Position numbers and translations under genes: made by a program. Shown here in pieces: positions 18,267 through 20,000 of a stretch of DNA of 20,000 nucleotides. Under the pieces are notes generated by a model. That model had not been told where the DNA came from. It saw only the letters and a program-made list of their open reading frames with translations, and did not search any database. Numbering within the stretch: position 1 is the stretch's first letter; every line of letters begins with the position of its first letter. Source of the stretch: Hydrurus foetidus (taxonomy: Eukaryota); contig UYFQ01000539.1 in the NCBI GenBank assembly GCA_900617105.1, forward strand, positions 117,297-137,296, read 5' to 3'.

Positions 18267-18297
18267 CAACAACAACAACAACAACAACAACAACAAC
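18216..18297 (+). repeat. (AAC)17-C-(AAC)10 microsatellite (poly-Asn) near the gag end
   Basis: Read directly. There is a single extra C at 18267. Confidence 0.95.
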
Positions 18298-20000
18298 CGC
18301 AACAACGACCGGTCCAACCGCGACAACGACCGCAAAGACAATCGCGACACCGATCGCAACGAAAATCGCGATACTCGCGACATCAAAGACCGCGGGTACA
18401 AAGGAAAACGTGAGTCCAAAATTCCGTATGCGGAAAATATCTCAGAAAATCGTATTTTGCCAAACATGCAAATGCTTTTATCAACAATCATACCTAACGA
18501 GATTGATGATTACTTACAAGTAAAAATATATCTTCCTCAGACCCAATCCCCGGCTACCGCTTTGGCGACCGCGTTGACAGCCGCGACCGCGACTCCAACC
18601 GCAAAGACGACTCGCGCCAAGCGGAAAAGGACAAAGACAAAGATCGCCGCGATCGAGACCGGTCCCCACCCAAATCCTCCTCCAGCTATGGACCCAAATA
18701 ACGGCATGGCCGCCTTAGCCCAAATCGACACCGGATGTCAGGTTGGGGACGTAATCAATCGTAGAGTCCTTCGGGGCCTACGTGGTGAACCCCAACTCCG
18801 CACCACCGACTCTCCCATATGGATGTGTTCGGGTCTAAATAATCAATGTATTGAATCCACTGCTGTCCTTGATATTGTTGTATCATTTAACAAAAACGAT
18901 TTAAAATACACTTTTTCTCTTCCGGTGCGAATTGCAGAAGATTCCAAAGTCGACTTAATCTTAGGATTGGAGACTATAAAAAAACTTAATTTGGTTAAAA
19001 TTATTCCGGAATTCTTCCAATCTCCGGAAAATATCCAAAATGAAAAAATACAATCATTACAAAAACTGAATCAATCCACAAACATGGTATTAAACCACGT
19101 GGATGTTCCACTCATGCTAGAAGCAGAGTCGGACACAGTTACAAGTATTGCAGATCCAACCTTACCTCCGGTTATAACTAGCCTGGAGGGGATAAAACCC
19201 TCAGACACAGACCGTCGATGGCAAGACAACCTGGTGGCTCGAGGTGCTTGTACAAGCAAGACATGCACTACTTCATGTGGGTGTCCCACTAGCTTAGCTG
19301 CGGCAGCGGCTAAGCTAGATTCCGATGAGTTCATTTTGCACTCTACGGTCGAGGCAGCAGTTTTGTTGTCACCTCCCCGACAAAATGATTTAGGTGTAAC
19401 AACCGACAGGAGTCCGGAATTAGCTACTCCTACTCCCTCATCCAAGGCACCAGCCCAAACACGTGGTTTAGTTGCTGCTCTACTCCGGGAGCGTGAAGAA
19501 CTCCCAGAGGTTCAACCCTTCGGACCCGAAGAGATTGACTACAAGTCGAAGGATACCTTCGCTCCTTTCCAAGACAATCCAACAGAGGACAAAATGTACC
19601 TCATCGATCTCATACAAATCGATGGTACCCCTGAACAACAAGCTAAAATTAGAGCAATTTGTGTCAAACACATAAAGCTATTCAACAACAAACTCGGACC
19701 AGAGCCCGCGCGAATTCCCCCCTTTGGACTACCCGTACGGGATCCAGAGTGGAAAGTTTTCAAAAACCGCGTAGCACCCCGACCAACGTCTACACGAAAA
19801 CAAGTCGAAATCCGAAAACAAGTTGAAACTATGCTTGAACAGGGTATAATAGTCAAATCAGAGGCATCATACTATTCGCAAGTAACACTCGCGGCAAAGC
19901 CAGACGGTTCATACCGATTCTGTATTGACTATCGTCACCTCAACGACGCAACGGAATCAGCAAGCTGGCCAATCCCTAATATTAAACAAATGTTAGCGAC
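18268..20000 (+). CDS. Gag tail plus Pol (protease, spacer, RT N-terminus) of gypsy-2, partial; absent from the ORF track because it has no stop in the window
   Basis: Frame +1 is open from 18115 to 20000 by my translation: ...LLSTIIPNEIDDYLQV...AQIDTGC...PFGPEEIDYKSKDTFAPF...KPDGSYRFCIDYR...SWPIPNIKQML. Confidence 0.9.

Larger units (their letters stand above)
15469..20000 (+). mobile_element. Ty3/gypsy LTR retrotransposon 2, relative of gypsy-1, 5' half (runs off the window)
   Basis: LTR, gag, knuckle, protease (AQIDTGCQVG) and RT start (YRFCIDYRHLNDAT) are all collinear with gypsy-1. Confidence 0.93.

Noticed and set aside
1..20000. CRISPR array, tRNA/rRNA genes, env-like ORF or host genes
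   Set aside because: No regularly spaced repeats or RNA-gene folds were seen. Only about 200 bp separate the gypsy-1 stop from its PPT, leaving no room for env.

Overview
This is a eukaryotic transposon island with no recognisable host gene. (1) An apparently intact Ty3/gypsy chromovirus lies at 629..8027 (minus). It has 224-bp LTRs differing at 3 sites and a single Gag-PR-RT-RH-IN-chromodomain ORF. (2) It is nested in the integrase region of a decayed Ty1/copia element (<1..~10845, minus). (3) A second, related copia fragment lies back-to-back with the first (~10846..12540, plus). (4) A decayed, intron-containing tyrosine-recombinase gene of Crypton type follows (~12545..15079, minus), with five 65-77 nt introns reconstructed by hand and a 164-bp imperfect palindrome upstream. 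(5) A second, related chromovirus starts at 15469 (plus), carries two frameshifts and runs off the window. Comparing the two diverged chromoviruses shows covarying cis-elements. A self-complementary palindrome occupies the usual tRNA primer-binding site position, CUCCC-loop hairpins sit in the leader, an AGGA-loop hairpin sits in the LTR, and a GTGAGT splice-donor-like site lies in the same codon phase at the gag/pol boundary. A stramenopile-like host is an inference from the copia and Crypton protein types and the short introns, not something the sequence proves.
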